A DNA stretch of 64,000 bases from Veleropilina oligotropha. Taxonomy: Eukaryota. Positions 47,221-58,990 of the stretch are shown piece after piece. Each line of letters opens with the position of its first letter. Within the stretch, counting starts at the first letter, position 1. Made by a program: the position numbers and the translations under genes. The notes beneath the pieces were generated by a model. That model had not been told where the DNA came from and ran no database searches. It was given only the letters and a program-made list of their open reading frames with translations. The DNA is taken from positions 124,001 through 188,000 of the forward strand of contig JBEUKZ010000060.1 of the NCBI GenBank assembly GCA_048128005.1, given 5' to 3'.

Positions 47221-49962
47221 TATATATAATAATAATAATAATAATAATTGGAGATTTATATCGCGCTGTATCCCTATATCTGCTCGCTGACGCTGTCACA
47301 ATTTTTATCCCTGTTTTTTTTCGGCCTGTTCTGATCATGGATCCATCTCCGCTCTCTTTGAGAGTATTACAGTTATGCTGCCACTAGCGAGCGCAACGAC
47401 TAATTAACACGCCAACCAGGTACCCATTTAGATCGGTGGGTGAACCGAGGCAATATATGATTAATGCCTTGCCCAAGGGAAGTCGCCGGGATCTGGGTTG
47501 AACCCCATATCGCTCGAGTGAGAGATTTGGTCAATTCAAATGTGAATTTGGGCAAATCGTGCAGCCCTCCGCTTTAAGACGTCTTAAGAAATATATCTGA
47601 CTTCAAAATGATGCCTTGGACAGGGTGCCTTAAAGACGTTTTAGAAACACATCTTTAAGACGTCTTAGAAAGGACCACTTTTAGACGTCTTTAAAATTAC
47701 GTCTTTCAAAGGACGAGATAAAGAGGTCTATAAGACGTCTTTTAAAAGACGTCTTTAAAACGTCTTAAGAATGATGACTTAAAGACATCTTCAAAAAGAT
47801 GTCTTAAGCAGGACGTCTTAAAGACGTCTATAAGACCTCTTTAAAAAGACGTCTTTAAGACCTCTTTAAAAAGACGTCTTTAAGACGTCATAAAAAAGAC
47901 GTGTTGTGAAAGACGCCTTAAAGATGCCTATGTCTTATTGGAAAAACATCTTTAAAACGTCTTTAAAATGACGTCTTAAAAATGACGTCTTGAAAATGAC
48001 GTCTATAAGACGTCTTTTAAAAGACGTCTTATGAGAAGATGTCTTAAAGACATATCCAAAAAGAAGTTTTAAGCAGGACGCCTTAAGGACGTCTATAAGA
48101 CCTCTTTAAAAAGACGTCATAAAAAGACGTCTTCAAGAAAGACGTCTTGTGAAAGACGCCTTAAAGATGTCTATAAGACGTCTTAAAAAGATGTCTTTAA
48201 GACGTTCTTTAAAAGGCGTCTTTATGACGTCTTTTAAAAGATGTCGATAAGACGTCTTAAAAAGACGTCTTTAAGACGTTCTTTAAAAGGCGTCTTTATG
48301 ACGTCTTTAAGACATCTTATGAAAGATGTCAGTCTTCCAAAAATTGCCTTGAACAGGGCGCCTTAAAGACGTCTATAAGACGTCTCTAGAAAGACATATT
48401 TAAGACGTCTTAAAAAGACGTCTTTTAGACGTCTTTAAAATGACGTGTTTCTAAGGACACGATAAAGACGTCCTCAAGACGTCTTTTAAAAGACGTGTTA
48501 AAGACGTCTTAAGAAAGATGTATTAAAGACGTCTTCAAAAAGATGTCTTAAGCACGACGCCTTAAAGACGTCTAGAAAACGTCTTTTATTAAGACGTCTT
48601 AAAAAAGACGTCTTGAAGACGTCTTCAAGAAAGACGTCTTGTGAAAGACGCCTTAAATATGTCTATAAGACGTCTTAAAAATACGTCTTTAAGACGTTCT
48701 TTAAAAGGCGTCTTTATGACGTCTTTTAAAAGCGTCTTTAAGACATCTTATGAAAGATGTCAGTCTTCCAAAAAATGCCTTGAACAGGGCGCCTTAAAGA
48801 CGTCTATAAGTCTTAAAAAGACGTCTTTTAGACGTCTTTAAAATGACGTCTTTCTAAGGACACGATAAAGACGTCTTCAAGACGTCTTTTAAAAGACGTG
48901 TTAAAGACGTCTTAAGAAAGATGTATTAAAGACGTCTTCAAAAAGATGTCTTAAGCACGACGCCTTAAAGACGTCTAGAAAACGTCTTTAAAAAGACGTC
49001 TTTAAGACGTCTTAAAAAAGACGTCTTTAAGATGTCTTTAAGAAAGACGTCTTGTGAAAGACGCTTTAAAGATGTCTATAAGACGTCTTAAAAAGACGTC
49101 TCTAAGGCGTCATTAAAAAGACGTCTTGAAGACGTCTTTTTAAAGACGTCTTAATAAAGACGTCAATTTGACGTCAATTTGACGTCGTTTTCTGGTCACG
49201 ACCACAAGAGCACACACGACGAGAATACGACAGAAAAAAGACGTCATTAAGACGTCGCGTGTCCACTGGGCTGAGGCATCTCACATTTGTTCAAGTTATG
49301 AATCACAGTTGTCCGTGACTGATCGAAGAGGGCAGGTTTATTCCTCCCGCGATAGTACGGACATGTCCTGGTTTGAACCAAATGATGGTTGGAAATATAC
49401 AGGACATTAAGCATCGATCCTTTCATTTGTGTTCCTTTTCTCCCATACTATTTGAACGAGGGACACAAAACTAGGTGCGTATGCGTCATAACTGAAAGGT
49501 ATGTCGCATACCAAAAGTAGGTCACCACGACCTAATTTTCTCGCTTGACCGCATTTGGTCCAAAGTTCCCTTCCGCTCCTTATTTTCTCTCAGACTTTGT
49601 GACCGAGGAACTTCATTTGTATATGCATCAGCCTGTTTCTAGGTCAAACACTTTCGTGGGGGCATATGATCACTCCTGTGATAGCTGTAGTTTATTTCAG
49701 GTTGGTTTTACAGGATTTTTATGACCTGGCCAACATAGCTATACACATATAAGGATACGACCCTACCTGTGGGTATTGTTATGTTATTAATGACCACTGC
49801 ATGATGTCTTTCTTTCAGTGCATGCCCCCTGCTTGGATACCTGCCCCAAGACCTCCTCGGTGCGTGCGTCTTTGACTTCTATCACCCGGATGATATGGAC
49901 TACCTGTATTCCGTCTACCAGCGAGGTAAAGTTTTTCGTGACATAGCTAAAAGAATCTATTA

Positions 49963-52900
49963 GGCCATGGGCCAGGTATGGTTTATCTGCACCCCCCCCC
50001 CCCCACAACCCTCCGACCCCATTTTTTTCTGAACCATTGGGGTCCCCTGGGGTGGAAATCAACTGGTAACAGTGAATAAACTGGATGAACTATCCATTTG
50101 GGAGATATATTTGATGGTCCCCTCAAAACATCGCTTTTTTCGTCGCTGTCACGTCATATTCAACACTCTTGTTCTTTTCAGTTTCTAAAGTGGTTAATAT
50201 TGCTCCATATCAAAACTGTATGCATGAAAAGAAAGCTGGTCAACTACTGACCATCATAAAATATTCATATTGCACATTTAAGGGATTATTTGTTGTCAAA
50301 ACGGGGGTTGAATGACAGTACCTCCACCCCCTTTTTCATCGTAGCGGAATGGACCAAAATATTTCAGATTTTACAAGTTCTATATATATAATAAGAGTGC
50401 ATAACCCCCAATATACACGAATAAATAGTTTTCTACCATTCTACATTATCCCAGCTTTCATTTGATACCAGAAACATCGCCATAGCTTCCAAATACTATT
50501 TGATTCAGCATCTCAAAGATACCACCGGTTCATCAAAAATGGACACCTGATGCCACAATTTTCATTTTTCCAACCACTTCTATTGCAAACTATATTAGAA
50601 CTGCACATATATCTTATAAAATTTAATTATATTATTTGTTTTGTCGGGATGGGACCAGGTATGGTGTAAGTGCACCCCCTCCACATACAACCCCCCCCCC
50701 CCTCGATCCCATGTTTTTCTGGATTTGGGTGGAATAGCGGAACCCTACTTTTTCATTGTAATGTGGAAGCGACTACAATATTTCAGCTTGTACAAGTTAT
50801 ATATATACAAAAATAAGAGTACATAACGCCTTATATGCATGAATTAATAGGTTTCTAGCATTCGACATTATCCCAGCTTTCAATTGATACCAGAAACATC
50901 TCCATAGCTCCAAAATCATATTAATTTTGATATTGTATTTCACAGATACCCCCGGTTCATCGAAAATGTTGATATATTGATATATTATTGATTTGAGAGA
51001 AAAGGACCAGGTATGGTGTATATGCAAAACAATTGCCATAGGACCTTCCCCGTGGCGTGCAAGGCATCGAGCCCCCCCCCCCCTCTCAGATCTCTGAATG
51101 GAGAAGAGATCACCGACCGCGAGAAACAGATGGCCAGATGGGTTACTGTATTCTCGTGAAACGTTGATGTTCGACGCCGTCCGTAGCATCATGAACGAAT
51201 TGTCCATCATGGAGGATCCGGATGAGGTGCCATCACTGAAAGAGCCGAGCGATGTCATCGACGCCCTCCCAACGGCAAATGCTCCAGGCAGCGACAACAT
51301 CCCACATGATGCCACTATGCATGGAAAAGCTGCCCTGCTTCAGTCCCTTCTTTGTCTCGGCTGGGATAAGAGATCAGTCCCCCAAAACATGTGAAACGCC
51401 ACCATCATGACGAGCAAAGACGATCGCAGCGACTTCAACAACTACAGAGGATTATCCCTGCTAAGCATCGTTGGCAAAGTGTAGGCCCGCGTACTCCTCA
51501 ATATACTGCAGCTGCTCATAGGCCTTGTCTACCCAGAGTTCCAGTGCGTGTCGACGACTGACATGATCTCCCCCCCCCCTCCCCCAGCTTCAGGAGAAGA
51601 TTAGAGAACAAGGTCCGCCGCTCTATATGATGCAGCCCTCGTGACCCACACCGAGGATGCCATTTGAGGCATCGCATATAGAACGAGTTGAGCCGACGTT
51701 CATGCCTCATGCAGGAATGATACACTCGGTCTTGGAGTGTTCTGTCAGCTCTTTGTTTTCCCAAGCCCTCTTTGTCAGCCTGGCCATGATGGTGTTAGCC
51801 TTCCCGAGCCATTGGTTGAGTTCGACACCAAGTGAGAGGCTTTTGCTAATGGTAGATCCCAGGTAGATAAAGCTGTATCTGTCTTCAAGGATAACGCTGT
51901 CGATGGTGATGGGTGGAGGATTAGTGACATTTTGTACCATGACGCTCGTCTTCAGGCTGATAGTGAGCTCAAACTACTTGCATGCATCAGCAAAGCGGTC
52001 GCTTGGTCTCTGGAGGGCATCCTCAGTGTGGCCACGAGGCTGCATCATCGACCTAAAGCATCCCCTGATGAGTACCATCCCGACCTTGGTCTTCGAACGC
52101 AGTCGTGTCAGATTGAGTAACTTCCCATCGTACCTGGTTTGCAGATTGACCCCATCAGTGGACGATTTGAAGGCATATGTCAGGATGAGGGAAAATTATC
52201 CAGAAGAGGGTCTGCGCTAGCAAGCAGCCTTGCTTGGCTCCGTTGCTGATGGGGAAGGAGTCTGAGGAGAAACCATCATATGGGACTGCTCTCATCATGT
52301 CAGCGTGGAATGAGATCACCATGCAGGGTGATGCTGTGTAGCTTTGTGGTCTGCCCATCTTCCTGGGAAGTTCACATAAGACCTTCCTGCTGACAAGGTC
52401 GAAACAGCATCATATAGAGCGACTGGCCTTGTTCTCTACTCTTCCCCTGGAGCTGGCGGAGGGAGAAGATCATGTCGGTCGTCGACCTGCCTTACCTGGG
52501 ACTCTGGGTAGATCTGCAAACATCTGCAGTATATTAAGGAGGATGCGGCCATTCACTTTTACAACAATGCTCAGTGGGGATAGTCCTCTGTAGTTGTTGA
52601 CGTTGGTGCGATCACCATTATTCTTGTAGCTCCTCACGATGGCCCATAGCGTTCCGCATGTCTTAGGACTGCTCCCTTATCCCAGCAGACACAGAGAAGG
52701 AACAGAAGCAGGGCAGGTTTACATTTAGTGGCTTCAAATGGGATGTTGTCGCTGCCTGGAGCATTTACCAATGGGAAGGTGTCCATGACATCGCTCGGCT
52801 CTTCTAGTGATTATACCTCATCCGGATCCTCCATGATGGGCAATTCTTTTTTATGCTAAGGGCGTCGTAGGAGATCGACGTTTCACGAGAATACAGTAAC

Positions 52901-54390
52901 CCATCGTGCCATCTGCTTCGCGCGGTCATCCTGCATGGTCATCTCTCCATTCAGAGATCTGAGATGGGGGGGTCGATGCCTTACACGCCACAGATGGCCT
53001 ATGGCAATCGTTTTGCAATTGCACATGCCGCAAATGTTGCTAGAATGCACTGCCATATATTCCTTAGAACAATTTCTGCCGGCATTCGTTGACACTCTGT
53101 CTTGCGAGGCGATGTGTGGTGCTCCGATGGCTTCTGATCGCTGCATGTGTGCCTCTTGTATGCTAGGAAGGCTTTCCATTTGACCTCAAATGCTGGTTCT
53201 ATCCTTGGAAGGTACGCGTTGAACCAGATCTGTGAGATACAGTATCAAAATTAATATGATTTTGGAGCTATGGAGAAGTTTCTGGTATCAAATGAAAGCT
53301 GGGATAATCTAGAATGCTAGTAACCTATTTATTCATTCATATAAGGCATTATGTACTCTTATTTTTGTATATACATAACTTGTACAAGCTGAAATATTGC
53401 AGTATCAAAATTAATATGATTTTGGAGCTATGGAGAAGTTTCTGGTATCAAATGAAAGCTGGGATAATCTAGAATGCTAGTAACCTATTTATTCATTCAT
53501 ATAAGGCATTATGTACTCTTATTTTTGTATATATATAACTTGTACAAGCTGAAATATTGCAGTCGCTTCCACATTGCAATGAAAAAGTAGGGTTCTGTTA
53601 TTCAATGCCAATCCAGAAAAACATGGGGGGGGGGGGGGTGTTGTATGTAGACAGGGTGCACTTACACCATACCTGGTCCTTTCTCTACAAAATCAATAAT
53701 ATATTTAACTTTAATTAGATATATGTGCAGTATCTAATATAGTTTGCAACAGAAGCGGTTAGAAAAATGAAAATTGTGGCATCAGGTGTCCATTTTTTAT
53801 GAACCGGTGGTATCATTGCGATGCTGTATGAAATAGTATTTGGGAGCTATGGTGATGTTTCTGGTATCAAATGAAAGCTGTGATAATGTAGAACGCTAGA
53901 AAACTATTTATTCATGTATATTGGGGGTTATGCACTCTTATTATATATATATAACTTGTAAAAGCTGAAATATTTTGGTCCATTCCGCTACGATGAAAAA
54001 GGGGGTGAGGGTACTGCCATTCTTCAACCTCCGTTTTGACAACCAAATTTCCCTTAAATCTGCAATATGAATATTTTATGATGGTCAGTAGTTATATATA
54101 TAACCAGCTTTCTTTTGATGCATACAGTTTAAATATTTGCTATGGAGCAATATTAATCACTTTAGAAACTGAAAAGAACAAGAGTGTTGAATATGGCGCG
54201 ACAATGATGAAATAATCAATGTTTTGAGGGTACCATCAAATATATCTCCCAAATGGATAGTTCATCCCAGTTTATTCACTGTTGCCAATTGATTTCCACA
54301 CCAGGGGACCCCAATGGTCCAGAAAAACACTAGGTCGGAGGGTTGTAGGGGGGGGGGGGGGTGCAGATAAACCATACCTGGCCCATGGCC
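49963..54390. mobile_element. Foldback-like element with very long inverted arms, TA TSD, containing RTE relics
   Basis: ggccatgggccaggtatggtttatctgcac at 49963 is inverted at 54361-54390; inverted similarity continues for more than 1 kb; RTE RT fragments (NYRGLSLLSIVGK, GAKQGCLLA) inside. Confidence 0.8.
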
Positions 54391-55024
54391 TATATGCTTT
54401 TAAAGTTCTCTGATGATATATCATCGTGTGGCCGCAGCGGTAGTCAAGTAGATAAGAGTGCGGACTCTGACCTCGCTTGCTTGATTGCTACTGGCTGCTA
54501 GAAGTGCAGTGGGTTTATATTTTCGACAGAGCGCTCTTTGATCAGTTTTAAGTCACATTTAAGTAACAGAAAATACACTGCGACCCGAGCGTTACAAACA
54601 CATAACAGACCGAGATGTAATGTTTATAACGCTGAGGAGTGGCAGCTGCATTATCTGTTATATATACTGTAACAGACCCAGCTAACTGTGATAGAAGATG
54701 ACAGAGTCGGATAAACGGTCCAATAATTTTATTATAACTCAATAATTAACAATTTATCGACGACTCTGTGCTGCAGGTGGATAGTGCTGTGGGAGGCATT
54801 GTCTCTCAAATAAACGGACTATGGACATCAGAACATCATGGATATACAACGGATCACTCTTCTTATTCTTCTATACGGCTACTGGTACTAGCTTGAATTC
54901 ATAGGTCCTTATTTGTCAGGATACAGACCGGCTAACGCCCTGTTATCAGCATGCAGAAGTAACAGGCTACATCCAATTTCTATGATTAATATATTCCCAA
55001 CTGAACAACAGCTCCATGTTACCC

Positions 55025-55314
55025 CGGACTGGATCTTCTAGGTGCTGTTTCTAATGGTCACCATACGGATAGGATACGGATTTTTCGTCCCAGACTGGAT
55101 AGGTGCTGTTCCTCTTGGTCACCATACGGACAGGATACGGATTCATAGTCCCAGACTGGCTAGGTGCTGTTCCTCTTGGTCACCATACGGACAGGATACG
55201 GATTCATAGTCCCAGACTGGATAGGTGCTGTTCCTCTTGGTCACCATACGGACAGGATACGGATTCATAGTCCCAGACTGGATAGGTGCTGTTCATCTTG
55301 GTCACCATACGGAT
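55025..55314. repeat. 61-bp minisatellite, ~4.5 copies
   Basis: cagactgg...taggtgctgttc recurs at 55091, 55152, 55213 and 55274. Confidence 0.9.
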
Positions 55315-56488
55315 GGTCACTTACTTGGTCACTTACTCTAGTGATATAGACAGGCGGTCTCTACTGTGGTTGTCACGGATACAGTGTAGCTTATATAGGG
55401 TTAATTCACAGTAGAATGGTTCACTATTAAATTATAGAGGCAGGTGTAATGGATCTTCATTTGGTCTTTAGTATGCAATCCATGTTTAGTCACTCGTCGT
55501 AATTATTGCTAATGTGTGTTAAGGTCACGATGTGGCTGAAATTGAGAGAGACAACGATCTGACAAATCGGCCGATTTCACTGCTTTTTAGCTCGACTATT
55601 CTAAAATAGTACGAGCTATTGCAGTCACCCTGTCGTCGGCGTCGGCGTCAAACTTCAGGTTAACATTTTGCATGAAGGGTCGAGCATGCTGTCCTTCTGA
55701 CAGCTCTTGTTATACACTCCGGGCTGACCAATCAAATTCCACGTTACAGCCAACGTTCGGTATCAGTCGATAGCATCGAATGACAAAATCATCATTTTCT
55801 AAGAAACGGGATTAGATCAAATTTTCATTAATATAAAATCATTGTGCGTTTTCTCTCTAGTTTCTACCACATCAATATTATTCTACAACAATGCGCATAA
55901 AATAAGATATAGGGGCGTTTATGAACCCAATGTCAGAGCGGCCTCCGATGTCAAAGCGGACTTCAAAGGAAGCCGAATCTCCATATCGGCTGGGCATTTT
56001 CCTCTCCAATAATTTACTAACACCCGCCCAAAAGTCATTACGTGAATATTCGTTGAGCGTTTTTGTTCCTTCATCCGGTACGTACATTAGATAATGTTGA
56101 TGGCTAATATTTACACGTAAATAAACAACTTTCATATCTCAGTAGGACACAGACGACAGTGCGTATGAATCGTACACAATATATTTCGCTGATATGTCAC
56201 ATAATACACAAGCTCAATAACACTCTTTACAACTATTAACAATATTCCAACAATTAAAACACCACTTCAAATAACATTTCCTATTTACATAGCTATTATG
56301 TAGTAAATATTGCAACCAGCAAAGTCACGTGATCACACATCAGCGATAATAACACTGGTTAAGTCCATCAGCTGATTTCTACTTTCTGTCGTTCACACGT
56401 ACGTGGTTTGTAATGTTTTTGCGAACCATCACCAATATAAACTTCCAAGAATTATCTTATTTCGTCATGGGATGGGAAAGTATTCATT

Positions 56489-58232
56489 TTTGGCCCGCCT
56501 TCTAAAGGCAGGGCTATAGCCGTGTACTGGCGTCCGTCGTCCTGCGTCCGTCGTCCTGCGTCCGTCCGTCGTCCGTCGCCTCATGCTTTCTGTCACATAG
56601 AAGATGAACCGCTGGACTTACTCCTTTCATATTTGGTATACATCTTATATACCATCAGGCCTAGCCCAAGTTCAAAGATGGGGTCGCTGGGTCAAAGGTC
56701 AAGGTCATTTTCGTGTATTTCCGTTCTGGCACTTCGAAGATTGCTTTCTGTCACATAGAAGATGAACCGCTGGACCTACAGCTTTCATCTTGGGTATGCA
56801 CCTTGTATACCATCAGGCCTAGCCCAAGTTCAAAGATGGGGTCGCTGGGTCAAAGGTCAAGGTCATTTTCGTGTATTTCCGTTCTGGCACTTCGAAGATT
56901 GCTTTCTGTCACATAGAAGATGAACCGCTGGACCTACAGCTTTCATCTTGGGTATGCACCTTGTATACCATCAGGCCTAGCCCAAGTTCAAAGATGGGGT
57001 CGCTGGGTCAAAGGTCAAGATCATTTTCGTGTATTTCCGTTCTGGCACTTCGAAGATTGCTTTCTGTCACATAGAAGATGAACCGCTGGACCTACAGCTT
57101 TCATCTTGGGTATGCACCTTGTATACCATCAGGCCTAGCCCAAGTTCAAAGATGGGGTCGCTGGGTCAAAGGTCAAGGTCATTTTCGTGTATTTCCGTTC
57201 TGGCACTTCGAAGATTGCTTTCTGTCACATAGAAGATGAACCGCTGGACCGACAGCTTTCATCTTGGGTATGCACCTTGTATACCATCAGGCCTAGCCCA
57301 AGTTCAAAGATGGGGTCGCTGGGTCCAAGGTCAAGGTCATTTTCGTGTATTTCCGTTCTGGCACTTCGAAGATTGCTTTCTGTCACATAGAAGATGAACC
57401 GCTGGACCTACAGCTTTCATCTTGGGTATGCACCTTGTATACCATCAGGCCTAGCCCAAGTTCAAAGATGGGGTCGCTGGGTCAAAGGTCAAGGTCATTT
57501 TCGTGTATTTCTGTTCTGGCACTTCGAAGATTGCTTTCTGTCACATAGAAGATGAACCGCTGGACCTACAGCTTTCATCTTGGGTATGCACCTTGTATAC
57601 CATCAGGCCTAGCCCAAGTTCAAAGATGGGGTCGCTGGGTCAAAGATCAAGGTCATTTTCGTGTATTTCCGTTCTGGCACTACGAAGATTGCTTTCTGTC
57701 ACATACTTTAGAAGATGAACCGCTGGACCTACAGCTTTCATCTTGGGTATGCACCTTGTATACCATCAGGCCTAGCCCAAGTTCAAAGATGGGGTCGCTG
57801 GGTCCAAGGTCAAGGTCATTTTCGTGTATTTCCGTTCTGGCACTTCGAAGATTGCTTTCTGTCACATAGAAGATGAACCGCTGGACCTACAGCTTTCATC
57901 TTGGGTATGCACCTTGTATACCATCAGGCCTAGCCCAAGTTCAAAGATGGGGTCGCTGGGTCAAAGGTCAAGGTCATTTTCGTGTATTTCTGTTCTGGCA
58001 CTTCGAAGATTGCTTTCTGTCACATAGAAGATGAACCGCTGGACCTACAGCTTTCATCTTTGGTATGCACCTTGTATACCATCAGGCCTTGGTTAAGTTC
58101 AAAAATGGAGTCTCTGGGTCAAAGGTCAAGGTCATTGTCGTGCACTTTGAAGATATAGAGTTATTGATTATTTTCCTCTCTATGGATTTATATATCCAAA
58201 AGGCGGGCCTGTATGAGGATTATACCTCTAGT
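56489..58232 (+). mobile_element. Helentron/DINE-like element carrying a 158-bp satellite array (~10 copies, ~56586-58140)
   Basis: ggcccgcctt...aaggcgggcc subterminal inverted repeats, (cgtc)n tract, near-identical 158-bp units, 3' gagg...cctc stem-loop. Confidence 0.85.
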
Positions 58233-58852
58233 ATATTATGGCATCACTTAATTAGATCACACAAAAATAAACAAGAATTGTAATACTCGCACATAAAATT
58301 TCTTGTGAATATTTAAAGACCCACGGGTTTTACACGACCGTAGAAATCGTTGTTCATAACTGGCCAGTATGGGCAGGTTTTCACATGCGACCCGAAAATT
58401 GTTAACAACATGACATTAATTGATTAAACATAGATACAAACTCTACCATTATTGTGAATTGATGTACAGTTGGGAACTGTTACATTTATTTCCTTTAGAC
58501 TCGGTTGAAGATAACTACCATTATCACATGACAAACCTATTCGATACGAAAGACACGTGTCATAAGTATGCAAATTAGGGCGAGCATGACGCCCGGTTGT
58601 CGCATCTGGTGCAAAGTTGATTAGACGGTGCATCACCCTCATTAACATATTGAATAATTCATACGCGTTGACGCGTCGATTACTGACTAAACAAAGATGT
58701 TGAACTATTTTTTATTGGCGTACTGGCTTGGCGCGTGCTTTTGAGGTGTGATGCGTCTGAGTCATGGCATTTTATGTTTGAAAACTTAAATAAATGAGTT
58801 TTAAAGTGTAATAAAATAAGTTTTATGCTAAATAAAGTCATGTGATAAAGAA

Positions 58853-58990
58853 GATCTCAAACTTGTGTCCATTTCATATGAGAATTATGAAACCCATCAG
58901 CAAATTTATTTACCTCGCCAAGACTCAGTACATAAATTGTGCCCGACTCGTTTCATAATTCTCATATGAAATGGACACTCGTTCGAGATC
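58853..58990. repeat. Long hairpin (palindromic MITE-like element)
   Basis: gtgtccatttcatatgagaattatgaaac is inverted as gtttcataattctcatatgaaatggacac. Confidence 0.8.

Larger units (their letters stand above)
38253..49270. mobile_element. CMC/EnSpm (CACTA-related) like element, 11 kb, apparently non-autonomous
   Basis: TIRs cccagtgggcacacgacgtc / gacgtcgcgtgtccactggg; 2-bp TSD CT; dense AAGACGTC subterminal arrays at 38270-39050 and 47575-49260; splits a family A SINE whose halves rejoin exactly. No transposase seen. Confidence 0.8.
37741..49692 (+). mobile_element. Helentron/DINE-like element, split by a SINE and the 11-kb CMC-like insertion
   Basis: 5' tacccccacaaa and 3' ttcgtgggggca plus stem-loop atcactcctgtgat; the same core repeat (gtaggtcac...cttgaccgcattt) occurs at 37800-38160 and 49430-49600. 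Confidence 0.6.

Noticed and set aside
47575..49260. CRISPR or coding repeat in the GACGTC array
   Set aside because: Irregular short motif array next to a TIR; better explained as transposon subterminal repeats.
56040..56090. Second hammerhead (ccggatgaagg on the minus strand)
   Set aside because: Core is altered and there is no matching stem II or GAAAC...GUC.
56586..58140. CRISPR-like array, or repeated 67-aa ORFs
   Set aside because: Units are identical end to end with no unique spacers and no cas genes; this is a satellite and the ORFs are by-products.
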